From: Actinomycetota bacterium
GTDB taxonomy: Bacteria; Actinomycetota; Actinomycetes; S36-B12
Assembly: GCA_016717115.1 (NCBI GenBank)
Contig: JADKGE010000003.1
Location: 306,337 to 370,336, forward strand
Reading direction: 5' to 3'
Length of the DNA: 64,000 bases
Part shown: positions 17,578 through 25,614 of the stretch, one piece after another
Numbering within the stretch: the stretch's first letter is position 1
Layout: every line of letters starts with the position of its first letter
The notes under the pieces: model-generated
The model's input: the letters and a program-made list of their open reading frames with translations, nothing else
Database searches by the model: none
What the model was told of the DNA's origin: nothing
Translations under genes and position numbers: made by a program

Positions 17578-18926
17578 ACGGCGCCGGGCGCGCAGACGGC
17601 GTTGTCCTCGCTCTTGCCGATCGTCACGGCGGCCAGCGACTGCACTGCCGTGAACTCGTCGAGGCAGGGCGCGTGGCCGTAGACCTCGTCGAGAGTGCCG
17701 GCCAGGCGGTTGATCAACCAGGGCTCGCGGTAGTAGTTGTACATCGCGAACACGCCGTCGTCGGTGAGGTGATCGCGCGCGGCCTGCATCGACTGCTCCG
17801 TGAACAGGTACGACTCGAGGCGCAGTTGGCTGGCACCTGACACCAGGGTGAGGGAGTCGGGAAGCGCGAACAGGATGAGGTCGTACTTGGTGTCGGTGCC
17901 CGACAGGAACGCCCGGCCGTCGTTGATGTAGACCGAGACGCGCGGGTCGTCATACGGCTTGTTCGGGTTGATCTGACTGCCGATCTGCTGGATGCGCGGA
18001 TCGATCTCGACCGCATCCACGTGCTTCGCGCCGTTCGCGAGGGCCAGTGCCACGTCGGTGCCGGTGCCCGCCCCGACGATGAGCACGTTGTTGAGGGGGT
18101 TGCCGACGGCGCGCTCGTAGGGGCGTCCGTACATCGGCTCCACCTTGAGCCGCTCCTGCACGTCCATGACGTTCTGGTGGGGGATCCCATTCACCTGGAT
18201 GGTGGTGAACTCGACGTTGGTGCCCTCGTTGTAGGTCTGCGTGTTCACCTTGTAGTAGGGCGACCACGAGACACCGGCGCTCATGGATTCGAAGACGAGG
18301 GCGCCGATGATGAGGACCATCGCCAGGCGGGACACCCACGGGAGGGCGAAGCCGTAGAGCGCCCAGAGGGCGACCAAGGTCACCAGCGGCCAGATCCATG
18401 ACGGTGCCCGCAGGAACGACACGATGGTGAAGGCCAGCGTGCCAGCGATCGAACCGATGATGTCCCAGCGGTAGGCGTCCAGGGCCTTGAACTCCCGGAA
18501 GGCCCGGCCGGTGATCTCGCCGAACCCCGTCATGGTCACGGCGATGACGATGAAGACCAGCGGAAGGGACACCCACGTGGGCAATCCCGAGGGGCGAACC
18601 TCCGTGAAGAAGATCAGGTCCGAGGACGACCCCTCGATCTTCGCGGGGAAGAAGGTGATGAACGCGACGAGAAGGAGCAGGCCCAAGGGGGTGTAGGGGC
18701 CCATGTCACGTGTCGTGCGCGAGCGGAGGAACCCCAGGCCGATGCCCAGGAAGGAGGCCAGGAGGATGAGGTTCGAGAAGTACGAGAGGTGGACCAGGTT
18801 GGCCCCCGCCCACCGGATGAGCGCCAGCTGGACGAACAGCATGAGGGCACTGGCCGCCATGAGGCGCCAGCGTCCCGTGAGGACGCGGCGGTAGGCGGGC
18901 GTGGTCTCAGAAACGATCGTGGTCAC
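17499..18926 (-). CDS. Spermidine synthase-like protein (N-terminal TM bundle plus SpeE/AdoMet-MTase fold)
   Basis: TM-rich N-terminus, then VLIVGAGTGTDVALALANGAKHVDAVEIDP and YDLILFALPDS. The last about 25 codons (IAPRWPRQARPFRCRRSTTVRSCT) look non-coding, which suggests a frame break near 17560-17590. Confidence 0.65.
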   Translation of the reverse strand: MTTIVSETTPAYRRVLTGRWRLMAASALMLFVQLALIRWAGANLVHLSYFSNLILLASFLGIGLGFLRSRTTRDMGPYTPLGLLLLVAFITFFPAKIEGSSSDLIFFTEVRPSGLPTWVSLPLVFIVIAVTMTGFGEITGRAFREFKALDAYRWDIIGSIAGTLAFTIVSFLRAPSWIWPLVTLVALWALYGFALPWVSRLAMVLIIGALVFESMSAGVSWSPYYKVNTQTYNEGTNVEFTTIQVNGIPHQNVMDVQERLKVEPMYGRPYERAVGNPLNNVLIVGAGTGTDVALALANGAKHVDAVEIDPRIQQIGSQINPNKPYDDPRVSVYINDGRAFLSGTDTKYDLILFALPDSLTLVSGASQLRLESYLFTEQSMQAARDHLTDDGVFAMYNYYREPWLINRLAGTLDEVYGHAPCLDEFTAVQSLAAVTIGKSEDNAVCAPGAVWIAPRWPRQARPFRCRRSTTVRSCT

Positions 18927-19030
18927 CGCGGAACCCTAACAAGTGGCCGGGTCCGCCAAAGCGAGGGCCGAGGAACCAGTCGCCTGGATCCTCGGCCCAC
19001 GCCCTCGGGGAAGCCCTATGTGGGCAGCGG

Positions 19031-19483
19031 CTAGGCGCCCCGGGGGTGGTCGTCGACCCGGTTGCGCAGGCCGTCGCCGTCCATGTCCCGATCCTTGCGG
19101 TTGACGATCCGGTCGCCGTCGATGTCGCAATCGGATGCATTGAAGATGCCGTCGTCGTCGATGTCGATGTCACCCCGGAGGCCACCGTGGTCGTCGCCCA
19201 CGTCGTGCAGCGGTCCGTCGACTCCGTGGTCGTCGCCGAGGTCGTGCAGCGGTCCGTCGACTCCGTGGTCGTCGCCGAGGTCGTGCAGTGGTCCGTCGAC
19301 TCCGTGGTCGTCGCCGAGGTCGTGCAGCGGTCCGTCGTCGCTGATCCCCACGGATGCGGACGGCACGGCGTCGTCCGCCCCGTGCTTGAACCCGGTCGCG
19401 GCCCCGGCCTGGGGGGCGACGAGAAGGGCGGCGAGCAGTGCGGTTGTCGCGGTGATGCCGGAAAGTGCGAGCGTGCGCTTCAT
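19031..19483 (-). CDS. Small secreted Asp/His-rich repeat protein with TSP3-like Ca-binding motifs
   Basis: Signal peptide MKRTLALSGITATTALLAALLVAPQAGA. Four copies of the 13-aa unit HD(L/V)GDDHGVDGPL. C-terminal DIDIDDDGIFNASDCDIDGDRIVNRKDRDMDGDGLRNRVDD fits the D-x-D-x-D-G pattern. RBS AAGGAGG. Confidence 0.75.
   Translation of the reverse strand: MKRTLALSGITATTALLAALLVAPQAGAATGFKHGADDAVPSASVGISDDGPLHDLGDDHGVDGPLHDLGDDHGVDGPLHDLGDDHGVDGPLHDVGDDHGGLRGDIDIDDDGIFNASDCDIDGDRIVNRKDRDMDGDGLRNRVDDHPRGA
19185..19340. repeat. 39-bp in-frame tandem repeat, 4 units
   Basis: Units at 19185, 19224, 19263 and 19302, consensus ccgtggtcgtcgccgaggtcgtgcagcggtccgtcgact. Unit 2 matches the consensus exactly and unit 3 differs from it by one base. 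Units 1 and 4 are slightly diverged. Confidence 0.9.
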
Positions 19484-19538
19484 GATTCCTCCTTAGGGTC
19501 CGGGGTCCCTGCGCCCCGGACTGAGAGGAACGTATTCC

Positions 19539-19563
19539 GGGGCAGGTGAAGCAGAAACCTGCC
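19539..19563 (-). terminator. Hairpin after the 487-aa secreted-protein gene
   Basis: On the minus strand: GGGCAGGT-ttctgcttc-ACCTGCCC. 8-bp stem, about 65 nt after the stop, no clear U tract. Confidence 0.4.
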
Positions 19564-19629
19564 CACAGTTAAGTAATAGCAAGGCTGCCCTTACCAAAGT
19601 TGGGGTATTGCCAAGGGCGACCCGGCCTG

Positions 19630-21093
19630 CTAACGAACGCGCAGCACGGCCTTGCCCTCGTTGAATCCGGCCTTCTTCGCTGAGGCACCGGCCTTGCCCC
19701 GCGAGCCGGGAGCGACGATGGTCGCCTTGCCCGCGCCGTTCGTGGTGGCCGTCCGACCCCCGAACTTCACGGAGACCCCGGAGACCGGGTCGCCAGCGTC
19801 GGTGACGGTGAAGGTGACGTCCGCGCCCCGACGCACGGGATTCGGTGAGCCCTTGATGCTCAGAGTGCGGACCGCCTGCGTGTGCCAGACGTTGACCTTC
19901 TCGGTCTTGTCGCTGGCCGTCGCGACGATGTCGAGGGTGCCGTCAGTGGCGGCCGTCGCGGTCTTCCACAGGTCGACCGTTCCTCGGGGCGCGCCCCACG
20001 TGCCCATCGCGCCGAACGCCGTGGCGGCCTTGTTCGTGTGCACCACCTTGATGCGGTCGCCCTGGGCGAAGGTGAGCCACAGTCGGCCGGAGGGGTCGGC
20101 CGACAGGCTCACCGCCGACGACTGAGGGGCGGGGACATCCATGGTGTCGCCCGTGCCGACGTGCCATACCCGGATCGAGGTGACGGAGGGGTAGCCCCTC
20201 GTGTAGGCGGCGTAGATGCCGCCGCCCGGTCGCCCGACGAGGGCGATGCGCTGGGTCGGTGCGACGGAGTTCGTGCCGTAGTCGTTGGTGGTGATGGATC
20301 CCGGCGCCTGGGTGAACGCCCCTTGGGTCGGGAGGATCTGTCCGACCTGGACGCCCTGCTCGGCGGAACCGCTGGAGTTGCTGTAGAAGGCCGCGTACAC
20401 CGCGCCCGTGGCCGGGTCGCGTGCGCCTGCTGCGTTGTAGGCGCAGCATCCCGTGAGGCCGAAATGCCCGTCGGAACCGTCGGGTGCCGGGTCGGTGGGC
20501 GAGATGCCCGAGTGCCAGGAGACGCCGTTCGTGGTGCCGGCGTTGCCGACCCAGACGGGCGTTCCGGCATTGTCGACGATGTCGTTGCCGTAGGCCCCAT
20601 AGGCGGTGGTGGTGTGGGAGAGCGTTCCGGCGCCGAGCGTGAAGGTCTGGCCGTCCGGAGATGTCGCGTAGTACTCGGCGCCGGAGGTGTACGGGGCGCC
20701 GGTGGTCGTGCTCTGCAGGCCGCTGAAGGCCAGGAAGCGCTGGCCACCGAGGGACATCAGTGCCGCGTTCTCCGTGACCGTCGACCAGTTGGAGATGATC
20801 TCGCGCGATGGCGTGGTGACGGCGCCCGCGCCGTCGACGATGGCCGTGTAGTAGTTCTCCCCGCTGGTGCCCTCGCCGTTCCAGACCACCTGAAGGGCCG
20901 AGCCGAAGCGGGCGACGGTCGGGATGTCGATGATCGACATCTTCGGCTTGGCGGTGGTCGAGGGGAACGCCGACAACTGTGTCCAGTCGCCCGGTGCGGC
21001 CATGGCAGCCGGTGCCATTCCCAGCGTCATCGCACCGGCGGCGAGCCCGGCGATGAGGGCGCGTCGCCATGGTCGTGAATGCGTGCTGGTCAT
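19630..21093 (-). CDS. Secreted hypothetical protein (Tat-like signal, Gly/Thr-rich beta-rich body, C-terminal Ig-like domain)
   Basis: MTSTHSRPWRRALIAGLAAGAMTLGMAPAAMA has twin Arg plus a hydrophobic core and AxA. C-terminus: VTFTVTDAGDPVSGVSVKFGGRTATTNGAGKATI. No family recognised. Confidence 0.65.
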   Translation of the reverse strand: MTSTHSRPWRRALIAGLAAGAMTLGMAPAAMAAPGDWTQLSAFPSTTAKPKMSIIDIPTVARFGSALQVVWNGEGTSGENYYTAIVDGAGAVTTPSREIISNWSTVTENAALMSLGGQRFLAFSGLQSTTTGAPYTSGAEYYATSPDGQTFTLGAGTLSHTTTAYGAYGNDIVDNAGTPVWVGNAGTTNGVSWHSGISPTDPAPDGSDGHFGLTGCCAYNAAGARDPATGAVYAAFYSNSSGSAEQGVQVGQILPTQGAFTQAPGSITTNDYGTNSVAPTQRIALVGRPGGGIYAAYTRGYPSVTSIRVWHVGTGDTMDVPAPQSSAVSLSADPSGRLWLTFAQGDRIKVVHTNKAATAFGAMGTWGAPRGTVDLWKTATAATDGTLDIVATASDKTEKVNVWHTQAVRTLSIKGSPNPVRRGADVTFTVTDAGDPVSGVSVKFGGRTATTNGAGKATIVAPGSRGKAGASAKKAGFNEGKAVLRVR

Positions 21094-21133
21094 CGGGCTC
21101 TCCCTCGTCGCGGACGTCCGTCAACGCTCGACG

Positions 21134-21799
21134 CTAGTGGAGCGAGGACCTCGAGGGAAGGGCGATGTCGGACATGGACAGGACACGGTGCGCAACCATC
21201 GTCGCTTCGGCCAGGTCGTGGGTCACGTGGAGGGCGCCGACCCCTTCGCGCCGAAGGGTCGCGGCCACGTCGCTCGCCAGGCGCTGGCGCAGTTCGACGT
21301 CGAGGGCGCTCAAGGGCTCATCCAGCAGGAGGACGGCAGGATGCGGTGCGAGGGCTCGGGCGAGCGCGACCCGCTGTGCTTGGCCGCCACTGAGCTCGTC
21401 GATCGATCTTCGCTCGTATCCGTCGAGGCCCAGCCAGTCGAGCAGCTCGCGAGAACGAGCGAGCGCCTCTGGCCGCGACAGACCCTGCCGGCGAAGTCCG
21501 TAGGAGACGTTGGCGACGACGTCGAGGTGAGGGAAGAGCAGCGGCTCCTGGAAGATGATGCCGATGCCGCGCCGGTGGATCGGCACCCGCGTCACGTCGA
21601 TTCCGTCGACGAGGATGCGTCCGCCCAGCGCAGGGGTCACCCCGGCGAGGGTCGTCAGGAGGGTGGACTTCCCGCTGCCGCTGGGGCCGAGGATGGCGAC
21701 GATCTCGCCGGGCGCGACGGCCAGGTCGATGTGCTCGGCCACCACGTGGCCCGGGTAGCCGATCGCGAGGTCGACCGTGGCCAGTCGGCTCGGGATCAT
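21134..21799 (-). CDS. thiQ: ABC transporter ATP-binding protein (thiamine-type importer)
   Basis: Walker A GPSGSGKST, signature LSGGQAQRVALARAL, Walker B LLLDEP. ATGA-type overlap with the permease. The operon is headed by a TPP riboswitch. Confidence 0.8.
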   Translation of the reverse strand: MIPSRLATVDLAIGYPGHVVAEHIDLAVAPGEIVAILGPSGSGKSTLLTTLAGVTPALGGRILVDGIDVTRVPIHRRGIGIIFQEPLLFPHLDVVANVSYGLRRQGLSRPEALARSRELLDWLGLDGYERRSIDELSGGQAQRVALARALAPHPAVLLLDEPLSALDVELRQRLASDVAATLRREGVGALHVTHDLAEATMVAHRVLSMSDIALPSRSSLH

Positions 21800-23415
21800 G
21801 TCGCCACCGCCGGGCGTCGGCGGCTCGGCCCGAGCCGGTCGACGAGCAGGACCATCGTCAGGGTGAGAGCGACCAGGACGACCGCGAGCACGGCTGCGAC
21901 ACCGTACGACTGCTCACCGGGCCGACTCAGCAACCGCACGATCTGAACGGGGACGGTGGGGCTCCCGGCTCGGGTGAGGAAGGAGGCGGCACCGAACTCG
22001 CCGAGGGACACGGCGCAGGCCAGACCAGCGGAGGCGAGCATGACAACCCGCAGGATCGACCCGTACGCCGTCACGAAGGCCCGAGTGGGCCGGGCGCCGA
22101 GGGAGGCCGCGACGGCGAGCGCCCGGGCGTCGGTCGCCCTGAGCGCGGGCGCCACGACTGCGACGACCAGTGGGACCGCCACGAGCGAATGGGCGATCGG
22201 GACAAGCAGCCCGGATGGCCGCAGATCAAGTGGCGGTCGACCGAACGCCAGCAGGGTGCCCAGTCCGAGCGTCGCCGACGAGATCCCCAGGGGGATGATC
22301 GCGAGGAGCGAGATCACTCGGGTGCGACCCCTCGTCAGGACGGCCACGGCGGCGAGACCACCGACGACGCAGGCGACCAGCGCGCAGACGAGGGCGAAGC
22401 CGATCGACGTGCCCAGCGCCGCGAGCGGGGAACCGATGCGTGTGGTGCCGACGTCGACGGAACCCAGGCGAAGCCACCAGTCCAGGCTCCATCCGCCGGC
22501 CGACCTCACGGACGCGACCACCAAGGCGGCGATGGGAGCGGCGACGATCGCGTAGGAGAAGAGGGCCGTGGCGGTCACGGCCCAGCGAGCGGATCCTCCG
22601 GCCGGGACCGGGAGCAACGATGTGGGGCGCATGCGCCGTCGCACCGAGGTGCGGCCAGCCAGGGTGCCGGCCGCGAGAACTCCGGCGACGAGCACGAGTT
22701 GCACGATCGCGCTGGCGGCCGCGCCCGGGAAGTCGAGGAGAACCGAGGTCTGCCGCAGGATCTGCGACTCCAGCGTGCGGGTGCTCGAGTCGCCGAGGAG
22801 CAGGACGATGCCGAGGGAGGAGAAGGAGAAGATGAACACGACGGCAGCGCTGGAGGAGATGGCCGGCCTCAGCATGGGCAGGGTGACCGTGCGGAACGCG
22901 GTCCACCTCGTCGCGCCGAGGGTGCGAGCGACGTTCTCGTAGTGCCCGTCGTGCTGCGACCACTGCGAGCCGACGATCCGCACGACGACCGCCAGATTCA
23001 CGTATGCGTGGGCGAGCACGACCAGCGCGAAGCCCTGCGGCACGCCGGGCCCCAGAAGAGCGCGGAAGGCCAGGGCCACGACCACTGTCGGCAGGACGAA
23101 GGGCACCGTCACCAACGCCTGCCCCAGTGCCCGACCGCGGAAGTCGTACCGCGACACCACGTTGGCGATGGGCAGGCCGACGATCAGGGCCATCAGGGTG
23201 CTGGCCATTGCCTGCAGGACCGCGAGCGGGACGACCTGCCAGGTACTCGATGCGATCAGCCGCTCGGCGCCTCCCGCGGAGGACACGTGCGCGCCCAGCA
23301 CGCCCAGCGGATAGGCGAGGAAGACCGCCAGGAAGGCGGCCGGCAGGAGCCAGGCCCAGTTCAGCCAGCGGGGGGTGTTCAGCGGCCCATCACCGTGCCC
23401 CAGTCGGCCAGCCAC
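21796..23415 (-). CDS. thiP: ABC transporter permease with duplicated BPD domains (thiamine/iron(III)-type)
   Basis: 539 aa, about 12 TM helices, two tandem binding-protein-dependent permease halves. The GTG start overlaps the thiB 3' end by 37 nt, so the start is uncertain. Confidence 0.75.
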   Translation of the reverse strand: MAGRLGHGDGPLNTPRWLNWAWLLPAAFLAVFLAYPLGVLGAHVSSAGGAERLIASSTWQVVPLAVLQAMASTLMALIVGLPIANVVSRYDFRGRALGQALVTVPFVLPTVVVALAFRALLGPGVPQGFALVVLAHAYVNLAVVVRIVGSQWSQHDGHYENVARTLGATRWTAFRTVTLPMLRPAISSSAAVVFIFSFSSLGIVLLLGDSSTRTLESQILRQTSVLLDFPGAAASAIVQLVLVAGVLAAGTLAGRTSVRRRMRPTSLLPVPAGGSARWAVTATALFSYAIVAAPIAALVVASVRSAGGWSLDWWLRLGSVDVGTTRIGSPLAALGTSIGFALVCALVACVVGGLAAVAVLTRGRTRVISLLAIIPLGISSATLGLGTLLAFGRPPLDLRPSGLLVPIAHSLVAVPLVVAVVAPALRATDARALAVAASLGARPTRAFVTAYGSILRVVMLASAGLACAVSLGEFGAASFLTRAGSPTVPVQIVRLLSRPGEQSYGVAAVLAVVLVALTLTMVLLVDRLGPSRRRPAVAT

Positions 23416-24476
23416 GCCGGCAGGTTGTCGGCGACGGTGGGGGAGTCCAGTTGCAGTGGTCGGGTGACGGTCGCCGCGAACTGGGTGAACACGTCGGGCA
23501 GGGCGATGCCTGCTCGTGCGGGGAAGACGAACATGGACAGCGGAACGTCACGTTGCACCGGGGTGGAGATCAGCCAGTCGACCACGGCGCGGGCCCCGGC
23601 CGGGTTGGCGGCGCCGGCCAGGACCCCCGCGTACTCGACCTGCCGGTAGCAGCCGTCGGTCATGACCGACGTCGACGGCTCGGTGGGCTTGGGGTCGGCG
23701 GCGTAGACGATCTCCGCCGGTGGGCTGGTGGCGTAGGACACGACGAGCGGACGGTCACCCGATCCGCCACCCGCGGTGAAGTCGCCCGTGTACGCGTCGG
23801 TCCAGGAACCTGCGACCTTCACTCCGTTCTCCCGCAGCGACGTCCAGTAGTCCTTCCAGTCGTCCCCGTAGCGCGCGATGGTCGCGAGGAGGAACGCCAA
23901 CCCCGGTGATGATGTCCCGGGATCCTCGACGACGAGCAGGTCCCGGTAGGCGGGTGCGATCAGGTCGTCCAGCGTGGTGGGCGGCGGCACATCGTTCTCT
24001 TCGAAGAAGCTGTCGTCGACGTTGACGCACACGTCGCCGTAGTCGACGGGCGTGACGAGGCCGTCGGCCGTGTCGGTCGCCAGCGCCGGCTCGAGCGCAC
24101 CGAGGTCGCTCGGCGAGTACGGCTCGAACACTCCCGCGGAGAGGGCCCGGCTCACGAGCGTGTTGTCGACGCCGAACAGGACATCGGCGGTGGGCGAGCC
24201 CGCCGCCAGCACGGCGCCGGCGACCATCGCACCCGCGTCCCCCGCGGTGATGATCTCGAGGGTCAGCCCCGTCTCCTTGGTGAAGTCCGCCAGCAGCGAC
24301 TCGGAGACCACGAAGGAGTCGTGGGTGAGCAGGGTGACCGTGGTGGGCGCCGGGGTCGAAGACTCCGACGATCCCTGGGCGGCCGGGGTCGATCCGCAGG
24401 CCGTCACCAGGGCGACGACGCTGAGGGCTACGGCGCTGCCCGTGATGCGCCTTTGGTATCTGACGTTGCCGACCAT
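23379..24476 (-). CDS. thiB: Thiamine/TPP ABC transporter substrate-binding lipoprotein
   Basis: Lipobox LVTACGS. TLLTHDSFVVSESLLADFTKETG...ADVLFGVDNTL resembles TbpA/ThiB. It lies immediately downstream of the TPP riboswitch. Confidence 0.8.
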   Translation of the reverse strand: MVGNVRYQRRITGSAVALSVVALVTACGSTPAAQGSSESSTPAPTTVTLLTHDSFVVSESLLADFTKETGLTLEIITAGDAGAMVAGAVLAAGSPTADVLFGVDNTLVSRALSAGVFEPYSPSDLGALEPALATDTADGLVTPVDYGDVCVNVDDSFFEENDVPPPTTLDDLIAPAYRDLLVVEDPGTSSPGLAFLLATIARYGDDWKDYWTSLRENGVKVAGSWTDAYTGDFTAGGGSGDRPLVVSYATSPPAEIVYAADPKPTEPSTSVMTDGCYRQVEYAGVLAGAANPAGARAVVDWLISTPVQRDVPLSMFVFPARAGIALPDVFTQFAATVTRPLQLDSPTVADNLPAWLADWGTVMGR

Positions 24477-24479
24477 GTC

Positions 24480-24574
24480 GTCCCTCCGCTGGCATTACCC
24501 AGATCAGGTTCATGGGTCGGCAGCAGCGGCTGCCCTCTCAGCCCGCCGATCTCGCGAGCTCCCCGGATAGGGAC
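24480..24574 (-). promoter_or_regulatory. TPP (THI-box) riboswitch
   Basis: Minus strand reads GUCCCUAUCCGGGGAGCUCGCGAGAUCGGCGGGCUGAGAGGGCAGCCGCUGCUGCCGACCCAUGAACCUGAUCUGGGUAAUGCCAGCGGAGGGAC. The GGGGAGC, CUGAGA and ACCC..GAACCUGAUCUGGxUAAUGCCAGCGxAGGGA cores all match. The P1 3' arm contains the GGAGGGA Shine-Dalgarno 4 nt before ATG 24476. Confidence 0.93.
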
Positions 24575-24630
24575 AGGCTAGTCCTCCATCGGGGCCGCGA
24601 GGACGGGCCGCCTCTGGAAGGGTGTCCCTC

Positions 24631-25074
24631 ATGGAGGACACCGATCGACAGATCATCACCTTGCTGAGCACCGACGGCAGAATGTCCTTGGCCGACATCG
24701 CCCGCGAGACGGGCCTGTCCACGTCGGCCCTCCATCAGCGGGTCAGGCGACTGGAGCAGCGGGGCCTCATCATCGGGTACCGCGCCGAGGTCGACTACCG
24801 AGCCGTGGGGCTGCCTCTTGCGGCCTTCGTCTCGTTGACACCGATCGATCCGGCCGCGCCGGATGACGTCCCCGAACGGCTGGAGGGAATCTCGGAGATC
24901 GAGGCCTGCTGGTCTGTGGCTGGCTCGGAGGCGTACATCCTCAAGGTCCGGGTCGTCGAGCCGGCGGATCTGGAGGATCTCCTCGGTCGGATCCGGTCGG
25001 CGGCGAACGTGTCGACGCGCACCACGATCGTGCTCTCGACGCCCTTCGAGAACAGGCCGCCCGTCCTTCCATGA
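24631..25074 (+). CDS. Lrp/AsnC-family transcriptional regulator
   Basis: MEDTDRQIITLLSTDGRMSLADIARETGLSTSALHQRVRRLEQRGLI HTH plus a C-terminal RAM/AsnC_trans_reg domain. ATG 24631 has GGAAGGG 8 nt upstream. The track start is GTG 24622. Confidence 0.9.
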   Translation: MEDTDRQIITLLSTDGRMSLADIARETGLSTSALHQRVRRLEQRGLIIGYRAEVDYRAVGLPLAAFVSLTPIDPAAPDDVPERLEGISEIEACWSVAGSEAYILKVRVVEPADLEDLLGRIRSAANVSTRTTIVLSTPFENRPPVLP

Positions 25075-25111
25075 TCCGGGGTTGGCTGCTGGCCCCCGTT
25101 AACCTTGTGGG

Positions 25112-25612
25112 ATGGCCGATCGAACGAATGAGGCGTTCACGTCCGGCGACGAGTGGACACCTGTCTCGAGCAAGCTGACCACCGCGCGTCGGCTGCTACT
25201 GGGCCTCGCCTACCTCCTCGTGATCGCTGGGGTGGTGGCGCTGTTCGTCATCGGGCGAGTCCCCGAGTTCGTGGCGTGGACCGGGCTGGCCGTCGCCTTG
25301 GTGGGCTTCATCTGGCTGTGGTGGCTCATCGGGCGCCGCGTCCGGTCCTTCGGCTACTCGGAGCGAGGGGACGACCTCCTCGTCACGAGCGGCATCATGT
25401 TCCGCCGGCTGGTCATCGTGCCGTACGGCCGGATGCAGCTCGTCGACGTCAAGGCGGGTCCGATCGACCGCTGGATGGGCCTGACGACGGTCCAGCTCCA
25501 CACCGCCGCGGCCACGACCGACGCGGCCATCCCCGGCCTGGAGCCGCAGATCGCCGCGGACCTGCGGGACCGCCTCGCCCGGCGCGGCGAGCAGCGATCT
25601 GCCGGACTGTGA
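25112..25612 (+). CDS. PH-domain (bPH_2, YdbS-like) membrane protein
   Basis: 166 aa. Two TM helices, then RGDDLLVTSGIMFRRLVIVPYGRMQLVDVKAGPIDRWMGLTTVQLHTA, typical of bacterial PH (YdbS). Confidence 0.75.
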   Translation: MADRTNEAFTSGDEWTPVSSKLTTARRLLLGLAYLLVIAGVVALFVIGRVPEFVAWTGLAVALVGFIWLWWLIGRRVRSFGYSERGDDLLVTSGIMFRRLVIVPYGRMQLVDVKAGPIDRWMGLTTVQLHTAAATTDAAIPGLEPQIAADLRDRLARRGEQRSAGL

Positions 25613-25614
25613 CC

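Noticed and set aside
19185-19340. Tandem 39-bp repeats considered as a possible CRISPR-like or minisatellite array
   Set aside because: The units are contiguous with no spacers, and they lie in frame inside a well-formed secreted-protein ORF, so this is a coding tandem repeat.
25153-25614. N-terminal 154 codons of the 630-aa track ORF, overlapping the YdbS-like gene in another frame
   Set aside because: The translation is Arg/Pro/Gly-rich low complexity, typical of off-frame high-GC sequence. A good ATG at 25615 follows the upstream stop by 2 nt and starts the recognisable PH-repeat protein.
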